IMG/VR virus record: IMGVR_UViG_3300045988_079978
Origin: a virus
Length of the DNA: 60,599 nt
Strand: one strand, 5' to 3'
Shown one piece after another: positions 19,723 to 27,214 of the stretch. The notes beneath the pieces are model-generated. The model saw only the letters and a list, made by a program, of their open reading frames with translations, did no database searches and was not told the DNA's origin. Each line of letters begins with the position of its first letter. Position 1 is the stretch's first letter. The position numbers and the translations under genes are program-made.

Positions 19723-19794
19723 CTGACATAGCCGGACTTGAACCGGCAACCCTCCGGTTAACGGCCGGATGCTCTGCCATTGAGCTATACGTCA
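19723..19794 (-). tRNA. tRNA-Asn (GTT)
   Basis: Hand-folded cloverleaf: acceptor TGACGTA/TATGTCA, D arm GCTC-AATGGCA-GAGC, anticodon arm TCCGG-CCGTTAA-CCGGA, T arm GCCGG-TTCAAGT-CCGGC. Confidence 0.85.
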
Positions 19795-19799
19795 TTAAA

Positions 19800-19871
19800 T
19801 CGGAACGGGAGGTATCGAACCTCCGACACGCTGGATATAAGCCAGTTGCTCTACCACTGAGCTAAGTTCCG
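19800..19871 (-). tRNA. tRNA-Ile (TAT)
   Basis: Hand-folded cloverleaf with anticodon loop CTTATAT and T arm GGAGG-TTCGATA-CCTCC. There is one mismatch at the base of the acceptor stem. Confidence 0.75.
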
Positions 19872-20656
19872 TTAGCAGATGACTGCAATATATGGTGAGT
19901 ATTGGTGTTCCCATACAGTCATCTCTGTTACGGTTCTTTTGTCAAAAAAACAATATTTAATAATATCGAGTGCTATACTACAATATTTTATTGCTACATA
20001 CTTTTTTGAAGTGATACCGCAACTAAAACACTTCATTTACCGGAAGACGTTGCAAATTTCCGGCTTTTAATGATAAGAATAAGAAAAACATGATTAGAGT
20101 TTCCTCTTATTCACCACGGTAAAAGTCATATTCTGCCAGTGTGACGATAAGTCTGAGCGTTCGGGTGCGACCCTTGGCTTCTTACCGCTGTCAAAGCACA
20201 CACGGGATTGATACCCGTAAATTTCACGGTTCTTTCAGATTATGTTTTCGCCTATTTTGCACCCTTTTCATTGCTTATATCGAAATTGCTTATTCAAGAA
20301 CTTGCCATACCGCTACTTTAACGAATTTCTTGTGTTATACCCTAATTTCTTAGGTTCAAGGCAAATCAGCTTATTGAGATTTTCCATCGCTGTTGGTGGT
20401 CTCTCACACCACAAACCAAATGGATTATTCTTGCACTGCAAGCGTCTATTATTCGCCGACCACAAGGATTCTGCTATTGACTTCTCTATGATGATACACT
20501 GCAAGGCATTGTTGACGATGTTCGTCTTCGCCAACAGAATCGCTTCTGTTAGAAAGAATCAGCTGATCCAGTATCCCGAATGAGCCTATCTCGTTACCAT
20601 TGCATCTCAGCAAGACTGAAAAATCCATCTGCACTGAGTTAATCATGTTTTCTAAA
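19872..20656 (-). ncRNA. Candidate large structured ncRNA (ROOL/GOLLD-like)
   Basis: 785 nt with no credible ORF, flanked by tRNAs. Many perfect hairpins: 19878-85/19916-23, 20008-13/20029-34, 20040-45/20058-63, 20077-84/20105-12, and nested 20383-87/20420-24 around 20396-400/20408-12. Confidence 0.4.
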
Positions 20657-20803
20657 GCTACCGCCCGGAATCGAACCGGGAACCTGTTGCATGATATTGC
20701 CGGGTGGCGCATTCCCCGGATCTCTTTTAACCAATCTGGTGTGTGGTTGCACCTGTTTACCACCTCAATATCTGAACTGCTCTACCGATTGAGCTATGAT
20801 AGC
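20657..20803 (-). ncRNA. tRNA-like element A (147 nt) with a ~90-nt arm in place of the anticodon stem-loop
   Basis: Canonical acceptor, D arm (GCTC-AATCGGTA-GAGC) and T arm (CCCGG-TTCGATT-CCGGG). The anticodon position carries the long helix GTT..ATATTG.GGTGG / CCACC..CAATAT..AAC. Confidence 0.5.
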
Positions 20804-20892
20804 ATGGTGCTGTTTTTATACTGAAAAATAAGCTTGAGGAGTGCTACATAACAACAAAAGTTTTTATTCTGAGAACAGCAAAACTCAGAAAT

Positions 20893-20969
20893 TGCAGACA
20901 TAGGAGTCGAACCTATTATTTCATGGGCATGAACCATGCGTGATTTACTTATCCGTTTCACTCGTCTGC
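20893..20969 (-). tRNA. tRNA-Met/fMet/Ile2 (CAT), with an atypical large D loop
   Basis: Acceptor GCAGACG/TGTCTGC, anticodon arm CATGG-TTCATGC-CCATG, T arm ATAGG-TTCGACT-CCTAT. Confidence 0.65.
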
Positions 20970-20972
20970 CAA

Positions 20973-21055
20973 CGCCGTATGAAGGATTCGAACCTCCAAG
21001 TCGTTTCCGACTTACCGGTTAGCAACCGGCTACATTACCATTCTGTCAATACGGC
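20973..21055 (-). tRNA. tRNA-Ser (GCT), class II
   Basis: Acceptor GCCGTAT/ATACGGC, anticodon arm GCCGG-TTGCTAA-CCGGT, long variable arm AAGTCGGAAACGACTT, T loop TTCGAAT. Confidence 0.75.
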
Positions 21056-21140
21056 TGGGTGCTTCTCAATATACCGCCATATATCAAGAAGCGTATGTAT
21101 TTACTCAAGGAAGAAGTTCTCCAAGGCTACTGTTGGAGAA

Positions 21141-21224
21141 TTGGCAGAGTAGGATTCGAACCCACGAAGTCACATGGACGTCTGATTTACAGTCAGATTG
21201 CTTTATCCACTTGCATATCCACCA
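21141..21224 (-). tRNA. tRNA-Tyr (GTA), class II
   Basis: Acceptor TGGTGGA/TCTGCCA with G-U pairs, anticodon arm TCTGA-CTGTAAA-TCAGA, long variable arm, T arm GTGGG-TTCGAAT-CCTAC. Confidence 0.75.
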
Positions 21225-21372
21225 ACGCCGGAGGTGCGTTTTTGCTGAACTGTCATCTCCCATAAAACAGGTTCCGTGATTTTTCATGCGTATACTCATT
21301 ACTGTGCTCACGTTCGGCTACAGCTTATCACTGCCAGCATCTCCGAAAAGATACTGAGTTGAATCCCACCAC

Positions 21373-21480
21373 ATCGGATAGACGGGATTCGAACCCGCGA
21401 ACTCAGTCCCTCGCATTTCAGCGAGCACCATCCCTTGTTGCTGAGTTTTGCCACAACCTTTCCTCTCGGTCACTATCCGA
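21373..21480 (-). ncRNA. tRNA-like element B (108 nt) with an 8-bp acceptor stem and an expanded central arm
   Basis: TCGGATAG/CTATCCGA pair perfectly. D arm GACC-GAGAGGAAA-GGTT and T arm GCGGG-TTCGAAT-CCCGT are present. The centre is the helix AACTCAG...CTGAGTT enclosing CTCGC-TGAAAT-GCGAG. Confidence 0.45.
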
Positions 21481-21560
21481 AACCGCCGTCTGACGGTTAG
21501 CATCAATATTTATCGTGCCGTGCGCTGCACTAGATTTTATCGTCTTTACTGACACTTGCA

Positions 21561-21797
21561 TTATTCTTTATAGGCAATACCAAAACCAATAAATCCGGCA
21601 AATGCAATTAATCCGCCGACTACGCTTGCGAATACGCATTTAATGATTGTTTTACCTACTAAAACCGCTGTTAACGATCCGATATCAAATGCATGGCAAG
21701 CAATCAAAATCGCCTTTATAAACATCAGGTATCCACCAACATATAAACCGACGATAATTCCGGCTAACAAAATCAACCAAGCTAATACTTTTCTCAT
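21561..21797 (-). CDS. Small membrane protein (78 aa, 3 TM)
   Basis: Hydrophobic throughout. ATGA coupling with the upstream ORF. Confidence 0.5.
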   Translation of the reverse strand: MRKVLAWLILLAGIIVGLYVGGYLMFIKAILIACHAFDIGSLTAVLVGKTIIKCVFASVVGGLIAFAGFIGFGIAYKE

Positions 21798-21937
21798 TTC
21801 TTAATCTCCTTTCCGCATTTTCTGCATTTCCATTTATGTTCTGTCTTCCAAGAGCCATCATCCTGTTTTACAAGGATTGTTCCGGCCAGAAAGACTTTCT
21901 CATGATTGCAAAGCAATCTGTTCAATAGCTTAATCAT
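21794..21937 (-). CDS. Small protein (47 aa, MIKLLNRLLCNHEKVF...KCRKCGKEIKK)
   Basis: Found by hand translation. ATGA overlaps at both ends suggest translational coupling. Confidence 0.35.
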   Translation of the reverse strand: MIKLLNRLLCNHEKVFLAGTILVKQDDGSWKTEHKWKCRKCGKEIKK

Positions 21938-22296
21938 AGCGCACCAACTTCCTGAAAAGCTTTCATGATTTTTGGAAACTGAATTGCTATCCAGTCGACC
22001 ATTTCTTCATGTCTCGCCCATGCACCCATCGGAACACTGGAACAATGCTGCAAACCAGATTCATTCAAGAAAGCATGAACAATTTCATGTCTCAGCAAAC
22101 GCTTCTTGTATTCTGCTGCTTCATCTGCATTCATATCTGGGAATTGATCTTTGTCGAACGTGTCTGCAATTACGATGAATCTTCCATCTTCTGAGCAGTA
22201 CCCGTCAGCGGATTTATTTTTCATAAATTCGTCTTCGGCTCGTTTATGGACTTCAATCCTGTATTCAGTTCCAAGAATATTTACTGTCTTAACCAT
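21934..22296 (-). CDS. Small HExxH metallopeptidase-like protein
   Basis: Motif LLRHEIVHAFLNE. Confidence 0.5.
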   Translation of the reverse strand: MVKTVNILGTEYRIEVHKRAEDEFMKNKSADGYCSEDGRFIVIADTFDKDQFPDMNADEAAEYKKRLLRHEIVHAFLNESGLQHCSSVPMGAWARHEEMVDWIAIQFPKIMKAFQEVGAL

Positions 22297-22457
22297 TTTC
22301 TTCTCCTCATTGGCAACCCGTGAAGCTTTCGCCAGTTGTTCGGCTTGTTTATTATTTTCACATAGCCATCTGCTATTGCTGCTGCGATTCTTTCAATCAA
22401 ATCATCTACAAACAAGTAATCTGATTCATTCATAAAACACTCTCCCAATATTTCATC

Positions 22458-22697
22458 CTACAAGAATTTGAAAATCATCCAGAATGCTGTTGCAATTACT
22501 GACAGAAAAGTCGAAAAGTAAATGGCAGCCACGATGAAGAGAAATATTTGTTCGCCTTTTGTAAAATGACCGATGTCAAACAATAATTTGTGAGTATCAT
22601 CCAGTGATTTGCAATATGCTTTCCCGATTACTGTGAATGCTATTGTCAAAACAATGAACATTGCTGTGATTTTGATTAACATATCCTCTTCCTCCAT
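22458..22697 (-). CDS. Small membrane protein (79 aa)
   Basis: Two hydrophobic helices. Confidence 0.45.
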   Translation of the reverse strand: MEEEDMLIKITAMFIVLTIAFTVIGKAYCKSLDDTHKLLFDIGHFTKGEQIFLFIVAAIYFSTFLSVIATAFWMIFKFL

Positions 22698-22891
22698 CAG
22701 ATGATTTTATAAAAAGTTTTTACATCATCCACCCGAAACATAGCCTGTACAGATCCTTTATCGTAAAAGCAAATGATTTTCAAATCAGTATCTATTGAAC
22801 AGGTACTGGCCTGTATGTGATATACATCCTTGTCTGTTTTGACTAAATATGTTGGTTTCGCAAACCTGAGTGTATCAAAAATATTGCTCAT
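22697..22891 (-). CDS. Hypothetical protein (64 aa)
   Basis: ORF with RBS CAGGAGG upstream. Confidence 0.4.
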   Translation of the reverse strand: MSNIFDTLRFAKPTYLVKTDKDVYHIQASTCSIDTDLKIICFYDKGSVQAMFRVDDVKTFYKII

Positions 22892-23189
22892 TAAGAATTC
22901 CTCCTGATAGGTGTTGGTGATAAAGGGCCTTTTTGTTTTTGGTCGTTATTTTTGGGGGTTAGAAGCACCCCGGGTCCATTTCTCCGTAGACCCCCGCCCC
23001 GGGTATCATATAAACGCATCAAATCGCCTGTTATTCACTCGAACATATGTATCTATACAACAAATAACTGTTTGTTTAATAGATATATCTCTTTCAGTGT
23101 ATGATTTTATATCAATCAGTATTGATATTTTGATGCAATCATGTCATTCTGTACAATTTAATCAGTTATCTGATTATTTATCGAATTGT

Positions 23190-23789
23190 TTAGAAATCGA
23201 ATGCGTCTACATCGTCTTCCTGATCTCCAAAGTCTGGCAGTTCGTCCGCTCCGATGTCCTGTGCTATCTGCTCGACCGTCTTTCTAGCTCCGGTAATCTG
23301 CTCTTGCTCTACTGCTTTCGTTTCTGCCATGCCGTAAGCAGCTTTGGCAATGAATATCTTATTGGCATCCGTTCCTTTGCTGTTGCTCAAATTTGACGCC
23401 AATCTTCCAGCGCAATACTGCTTCCATTTTTTAGCTGTCTTGCAGTGTTCAGAGGTTAGCCCGCCCCTTGTTTCTCCATTCATCCATCTAGTTATAGTAC
23501 TAGGATCTATATTAATCATCATGCTAAAGTCATACAATGTTGGTAATACTCTATACTTACTGCATAATCTCTTGTATACATTAAATAGATTATCTAATAC
23601 CCTGATATCATTGTAGTTATTAAGAGGTGTCATATTGTCAGATATATATAACAATAAATCTGTAAATACTTCATAGGTATATATACTGTCTATATCTTCC
23701 AGATCAGCTATATATCTATCTGCTATCTCTGCTATTTGACTTGTATATACTTCTATTCCATCTACTGTAGTTACTGTATTATCTTTCAT
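23190..23789 (-). CDS. terS: Terminase small subunit-like protein
   Basis: HTH region PSTITRWMNGE. The ANKIFIAKAAYGMAE block resembles the TerS xIFxLKxxxGxxE motif. Acidic C-terminus. RBS GGAGGTG lies before ATG 23789. Confidence 0.55.
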   Translation of the reverse strand: MKDNTVTTVDGIEVYTSQIAEIADRYIADLEDIDSIYTYEVFTDLLLYISDNMTPLNNYNDIRVLDNLFNVYKRLCSKYRVLPTLYDFSMMINIDPSTITRWMNGETRGGLTSEHCKTAKKWKQYCAGRLASNLSNSKGTDANKIFIAKAAYGMAETKAVEQEQITGARKTVEQIAQDIGADELPDFGDQEDDVDAFDF

Positions 23790-24122
23790 TCTGATCACCT
23801 CCAACACTAAAATATAAATAAAAAAAGACCGCCACCAATTGCAAGTTACGTTTTGCAACGGGTCACGGTCTACTAAGACTACCAAGAGTTGTATATATTA
23901 TAATCTGGCTATATACTGCCTATTCGTTTTATCTGGTTAATATATTAACCTCTTTACACCAATATGTCAATAATAAATTTAAAAATATATTCTGCCCTTG
24001 TATATATTATATATAACTATAATTATTAAATATATACCACTACTATATAGGCTTATAATATACTTTACTGTTATAATATACATATCTATTAGAGTTCTTC
24101 TTCTGTATCTATCTGTATTTAC

Positions 24123-24157
24123 ATCTGGTATAGGTTTGACAATTTTGTCAAATGGAA
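24123..24157. repeat. Two-block repeat (ATCTGGTATAGGTT ... TTTTGTCAAATGGAA) containing the palindrome TTTGACAA-TT-TTGTCAAA; a second copy lies at 41436-41492
   Basis: A 14-nt and a 15-nt block are identical between the two loci. The spacer is 6 nt here and 27 nt in the other copy. Confidence 0.6.
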
Positions 24158-24354
24158 GTTCAAAGAATGTAAAATCGAATCTTACTATTTCGTCAATATG
24201 TTATGTTTTTCAATAACCAAAATATATTTATAGGCACAGAAAAAGACTGCCGTTATTGACTGCCTTTTATAAATCTGCTATAATAATTTTACTCGAGAGC
24301 GGTGGCAAGTTCCGCCCTCTCTTGTGTGTCTGAGCTGTTGTTATACGGCTCTTT

Positions 24355-24498
24355 TTATTTGTCTTCTTTTGGCTTATACTCTTCTGTTCCGCTTTCGATG
24401 TAAAGTAAGAAATCATTGATTTTCTTTTCTTCCCATCCGGCTGATCTAAGACCTTCGATCAGCCTTGCAATTTCTGTCATTGTCATGTCTTTACTCAT
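24355..24498 (-). CDS. Small protein (47 aa, MSKDMTMTEIARLIEGLRSAGWEEKK...)
   Basis: Internal Met of the listed ORF, with GGAGAAAGGAG upstream. Confidence 0.4.
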   Translation of the reverse strand: MSKDMTMTEIARLIEGLRSAGWEEKKINDFLLYIESGTEEYKPKEDK

Positions 24499-24567
24499 TT
24501 TTCTCCTTTCTCCAGCTTGCCACTGGCAACTTGTAAGTTTGTTCCTTACAAGTATTATTATAATTGT

Positions 24568-24984
24568 TTGTGCCTTATATGTCAATATGTTTTTGTGCCT
24601 TATTTTAAAATTTTTTCGTCATGTTCCAGCTTCTCGGCAACAGCTAACTTTATAAAGTCGTTTATGCTCTTATATCCAAGTGCCGTTATTCTTTCCTTTG
24701 TGCCTACCTGGAATCTACAATTTACGCGTTCAAATTTATCATCGTATTTATATATAGCTTTTCTTTGCGCTTCTGTTGTCTTTCTTTCTTTCGTTTCCAT
24801 TGCTTTTCCTCCGTTCTTTTTATATGTATATAATATACCATTGTGCCTTATACGTCAAATGTTTATTTGCCTTACTATTTATATAGTGTTTTCTTACTTT
24901 TTGTGCCTTATGTATTTTGAACAATATACACTGTTTTTGTGCCTTACGGTTTGGTTATTATGCCAATTGTTTTTTGTGCCTTAT
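24568..24984 (+). repeat. Iteron array: six direct copies of TTGTGCCTTA(T/C) at 24568, 24593, 24841, 24901, 24937 and 24974, plus a degenerate copy at 24866
   Basis: Counted directly. All copies are in the same orientation and they flank the RHH gene on both sides. Confidence 0.85.
24600..24800 (-). CDS. Ribbon-helix-helix (CopG/Arc/omega-like) DNA-binding protein
   Basis: 66 aa. The pattern KFERVNCRFQVGTKERITALGYKSINDFIKLAVAEKLE fits a beta-strand followed by two helices. Confidence 0.65.
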   Translation of the reverse strand: METKERKTTEAQRKAIYKYDDKFERVNCRFQVGTKERITALGYKSINDFIKLAVAEKLEHDEKILK

Positions 24985-25125
24985 ATCGCATATAATATAA
25001 CCATAGCAAACGAACAAAAGAAACAAACAACCGGACACCCAGAACCACTCAATCCAATGAGGACATACGGCAAGCGATCCGATTAATTGAAAAATTCTAG
25101 TTCGTAGATCAGGAGGTAAAACGAT

Positions 25126-25263
25126 ATGAAGAAAATTATTATCGCTGTATTAATTACAGCAGAGTTGACAAGTTGGGCGACAAGATCATATATGATTCAC
25201 TCAGCGAAACCAGATCGTCCATGCTCTATCACATGGGACGGAGAAACAGAAACATATAAATAA
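25126..25263 (+). CDS. Small protein (45 aa) with a hydrophobic N-terminus
   Basis: Found by hand translation. RBS AGGAGG lies 8 nt upstream. Confidence 0.4.
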   Translation: MKKIIIAVLITAELTSWATRSYMIHSAKPDRPCSITWDGETETYK

Positions 25264-25359
25264 AGCCGTTGACACTCTACCAAAGCAACCAACGGCACCA
25301 ATCAAAAAACAATATTAAGAAAGGCAGTTCCATTATAACAGGAACAAAGGTAAAAGAAA

Positions 25360-26385
25360 ATGACAAAATATTTCAAATCTGTAAAATCTTATGACGATCT
25401 TAAAAATCAGTATAAAAAATTATTAAAAGAAAATCACCCGGATAACGGCGGAGATCTTGAGGTTATGAAAGAAATTAACGTGCAATATGACGCACTCTTT
25501 CAGATCTGGAAGAACAAAAAAGAAGCCGAGACAGGCGAAGAAATCAAAGAGACAGCCGACAGCACACGGAGCCAGTTCTATACAATGTTTGGATGGGAAG
25601 GAAGTAACCACGATTGGGACCGATCATTGAAAGAAGTTGCTCAGATCGTCCGCGCATACGTGAAAGAAAAATATCCAACTTACAAATTCAGCGTCCGCAC
25701 ATCTTATGCTTCAATGTGTCAAGAATTGCACGTCACATTAAAAGAAAGCCCAATAGAGATTTACAAGACATTCGAAGAACTTAACAACGACGATTTTCAA
25801 GAGATTTCAAAGCGGTTATTTATGTGGGATTACAACACCGAAAACAGAATAAACTTTTTGAACGCATCAGCAGAAGAAAAAGAAAAAACTATTGAAGAGT
25901 CTAACAGCAAATACGCACACATTTTGAACGACGTAACAAAATCGGTCATTGAAGATGTTGACGCCTTCGTGAAATCTTATAATTATGAAGATTGCGACGG
26001 CATGATTGACTATTTCGACGTTGATTTTTATTACTTCGGATGTTGCCAAGATAATGGCGCAGAAGTTAAGATTGTACCGAAAACGGCAAGAATCAAGAAC
26101 AAGAAAGCCAGCGTTAAGGCATCCAGCAAGAAGAACAAACAGCAACAGCCGGAGCCGATCGAGACAAAGACGGACGGTATCAGCTACAAGATCACGCATG
26201 GAGAAGATACAAGAGACGGTTCGGAACTCTGGCTTGTAAGAATCAACGAGACACTCACAAGAGAGCAATATCTTGCAGAAAATAAAGCAATGAAGGATCG
26301 CGGCGGATATTACAGCAAGTTTAGACACGCTTTTATTTTCCGAGTTGACCCAACCGAAATCTTGAAAGGAGAAAAGACAGCATGA
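25360..26385 (+). CDS. J-domain (DnaJ-like) protein, 341 aa
   Basis: N-terminal YDDLKNQYKKLLKENHPDNGGDLEVMKEINVQYDALF contains the HPD tripeptide. The rest of the protein was not recognised. Confidence 0.75.
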   Translation: MTKYFKSVKSYDDLKNQYKKLLKENHPDNGGDLEVMKEINVQYDALFQIWKNKKEAETGEEIKETADSTRSQFYTMFGWEGSNHDWDRSLKEVAQIVRAYVKEKYPTYKFSVRTSYASMCQELHVTLKESPIEIYKTFEELNNDDFQEISKRLFMWDYNTENRINFLNASAEEKEKTIEESNSKYAHILNDVTKSVIEDVDAFVKSYNYEDCDGMIDYFDVDFYYFGCCQDNGAEVKIVPKTARIKNKKASVKASSKKNKQQQPEPIETKTDGISYKITHGEDTRDGSELWLVRINETLTREQYLAENKAMKDRGGYYSKFRHAFIFRVDPTEILKGEKTA

Positions 26386-26921
26386 AAGAAATTTGTGTAA
26401 AAAAAATACTGTGTTGCGGGTGTCCTGATATGGACACTTGCACACTTGAAAAGTCTGAAAATCTCTTAAAAGAATTGTTTACACGCTACGGAAGTTATAC
26501 CAAGGAAATGAGCGAGAAAACAATAAGGATTTACGAGCAGCACCCGGAGAAGCTACACACTGAAAAAGATATTTTGCATTATTTTGAACGGGCGCAAAAA
26601 GACATTGAGCAGTTAGAAAGAACTATTTTACAGTTAAAAGCATATGGAAATGAATTAACTGAACGGTATAACTTTATTAAAACTTCACCGACCAAGCAAA
26701 AAATAAAGCTGTATCGTGAAAAGAAATACCAGGACAAAGTTTATTATTATATTCTCTTCTATTCCGTGAATTTAGTTGATGGTTACGAAGAGTTGATAAA
26801 TACCATTAAATATCCGGGCAAGGAACGGCGGAAAGCTATAGAGCATTTTGAACAATTACAGGAAGAAAAGAAAGATACTATATTTGAAAAGGATATAAAA
26901 AAACGATCTTGGGAGAACTAA
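26382..26921 (+). CDS. Hypothetical coiled-coil protein (179 aa)
   Basis: ATGA overlap with the J-domain gene. Confidence 0.45.
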   Translation: MKEICVKKILCCGCPDMDTCTLEKSENLLKELFTRYGSYTKEMSEKTIRIYEQHPEKLHTEKDILHYFERAQKDIEQLERTILQLKAYGNELTERYNFIKTSPTKQKIKLYREKKYQDKVYYYILFYSVNLVDGYEELINTIKYPGKERRKAIEHFEQLQEEKKDTIFEKDIKKRSWEN

Positions 26922-27139
26922 CATCAAGAAAGGATAAGAAAAAAATGGGAAAAGATATGGCAATGACGAACCGTGAAAAATTTAATATTTGCGAAAAAAA
27001 TTTTTTAGAAGTTCGCGAAAAATTATATGAAATGGGCGAAGATTTCGCAGTCGCAAGAGCTTGCAAAAAACCATTGAAATGGTACATGGAACACACTATT
27101 GACGAAGCTATAACAATTCTAATTCAAGAAGCAAATTAA
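26909..27139 (+). CDS. Hypothetical protein (76 aa)
   Basis: ORF only. Confidence 0.35.
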   Translation: MGELTSRKDKKKMGKDMAMTNREKFNICEKNFLEVREKLYEMGEDFAVARACKKPLKWYMEHTIDEAITILIQEAN

Positions 27140-27214
27140 AATCACCGCTGTCAGCGTACCGGGGAGCATTGCCCCGGAGCGGTTTTGTAAAAATTAAAGA
27201 AAGGGGTTTTAAAG

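Noticed and set aside
20657-20803. tRNA-like element A as a tRNA containing a group I intron
   Set aside because: The insert is only ~74 nt, far below the group I minimum. It has no recognisable P/Q/R/S elements, and the flanks do not reconstitute a 5-bp anticodon stem with a 7-nt loop.
20141-20824. ORFs of 70-113 aa on both strands inside the RNA island (20141-20353, 20242-20583, 20313-20534, 20449-20763, 20600-20824, 20940-21311)
   Set aside because: They overlap tRNAs, tRNA-like elements or each other. They lack RBSs and have improbable compositions. The region is better explained as RNA genes.
21373-21480. tRNA-like element B as tRNA-Sec (selC)
   Set aside because: The 8-bp acceptor fits. 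There is, however, no 6-bp D stem and no U-UCA-R anticodon loop, and no selenoprotein machinery or SECIS-like context was seen.
24568-24984. Whether the TTGTGCCTTAT repeats form a CRISPR array
   Set aside because: The repeat unit is only ~11 bp, the spacings are irregular (25-248 nt), a protein gene sits inside the array, and there are no cas genes.
24517-25086. 189-aa plus-strand ORF spanning the iteron region
   Set aside because: The translation is low-complexity (F/L/Y/C-rich). It runs antisense through the RHH gene and across the repeats, so it is an artefact of AT-rich repeat sequence.
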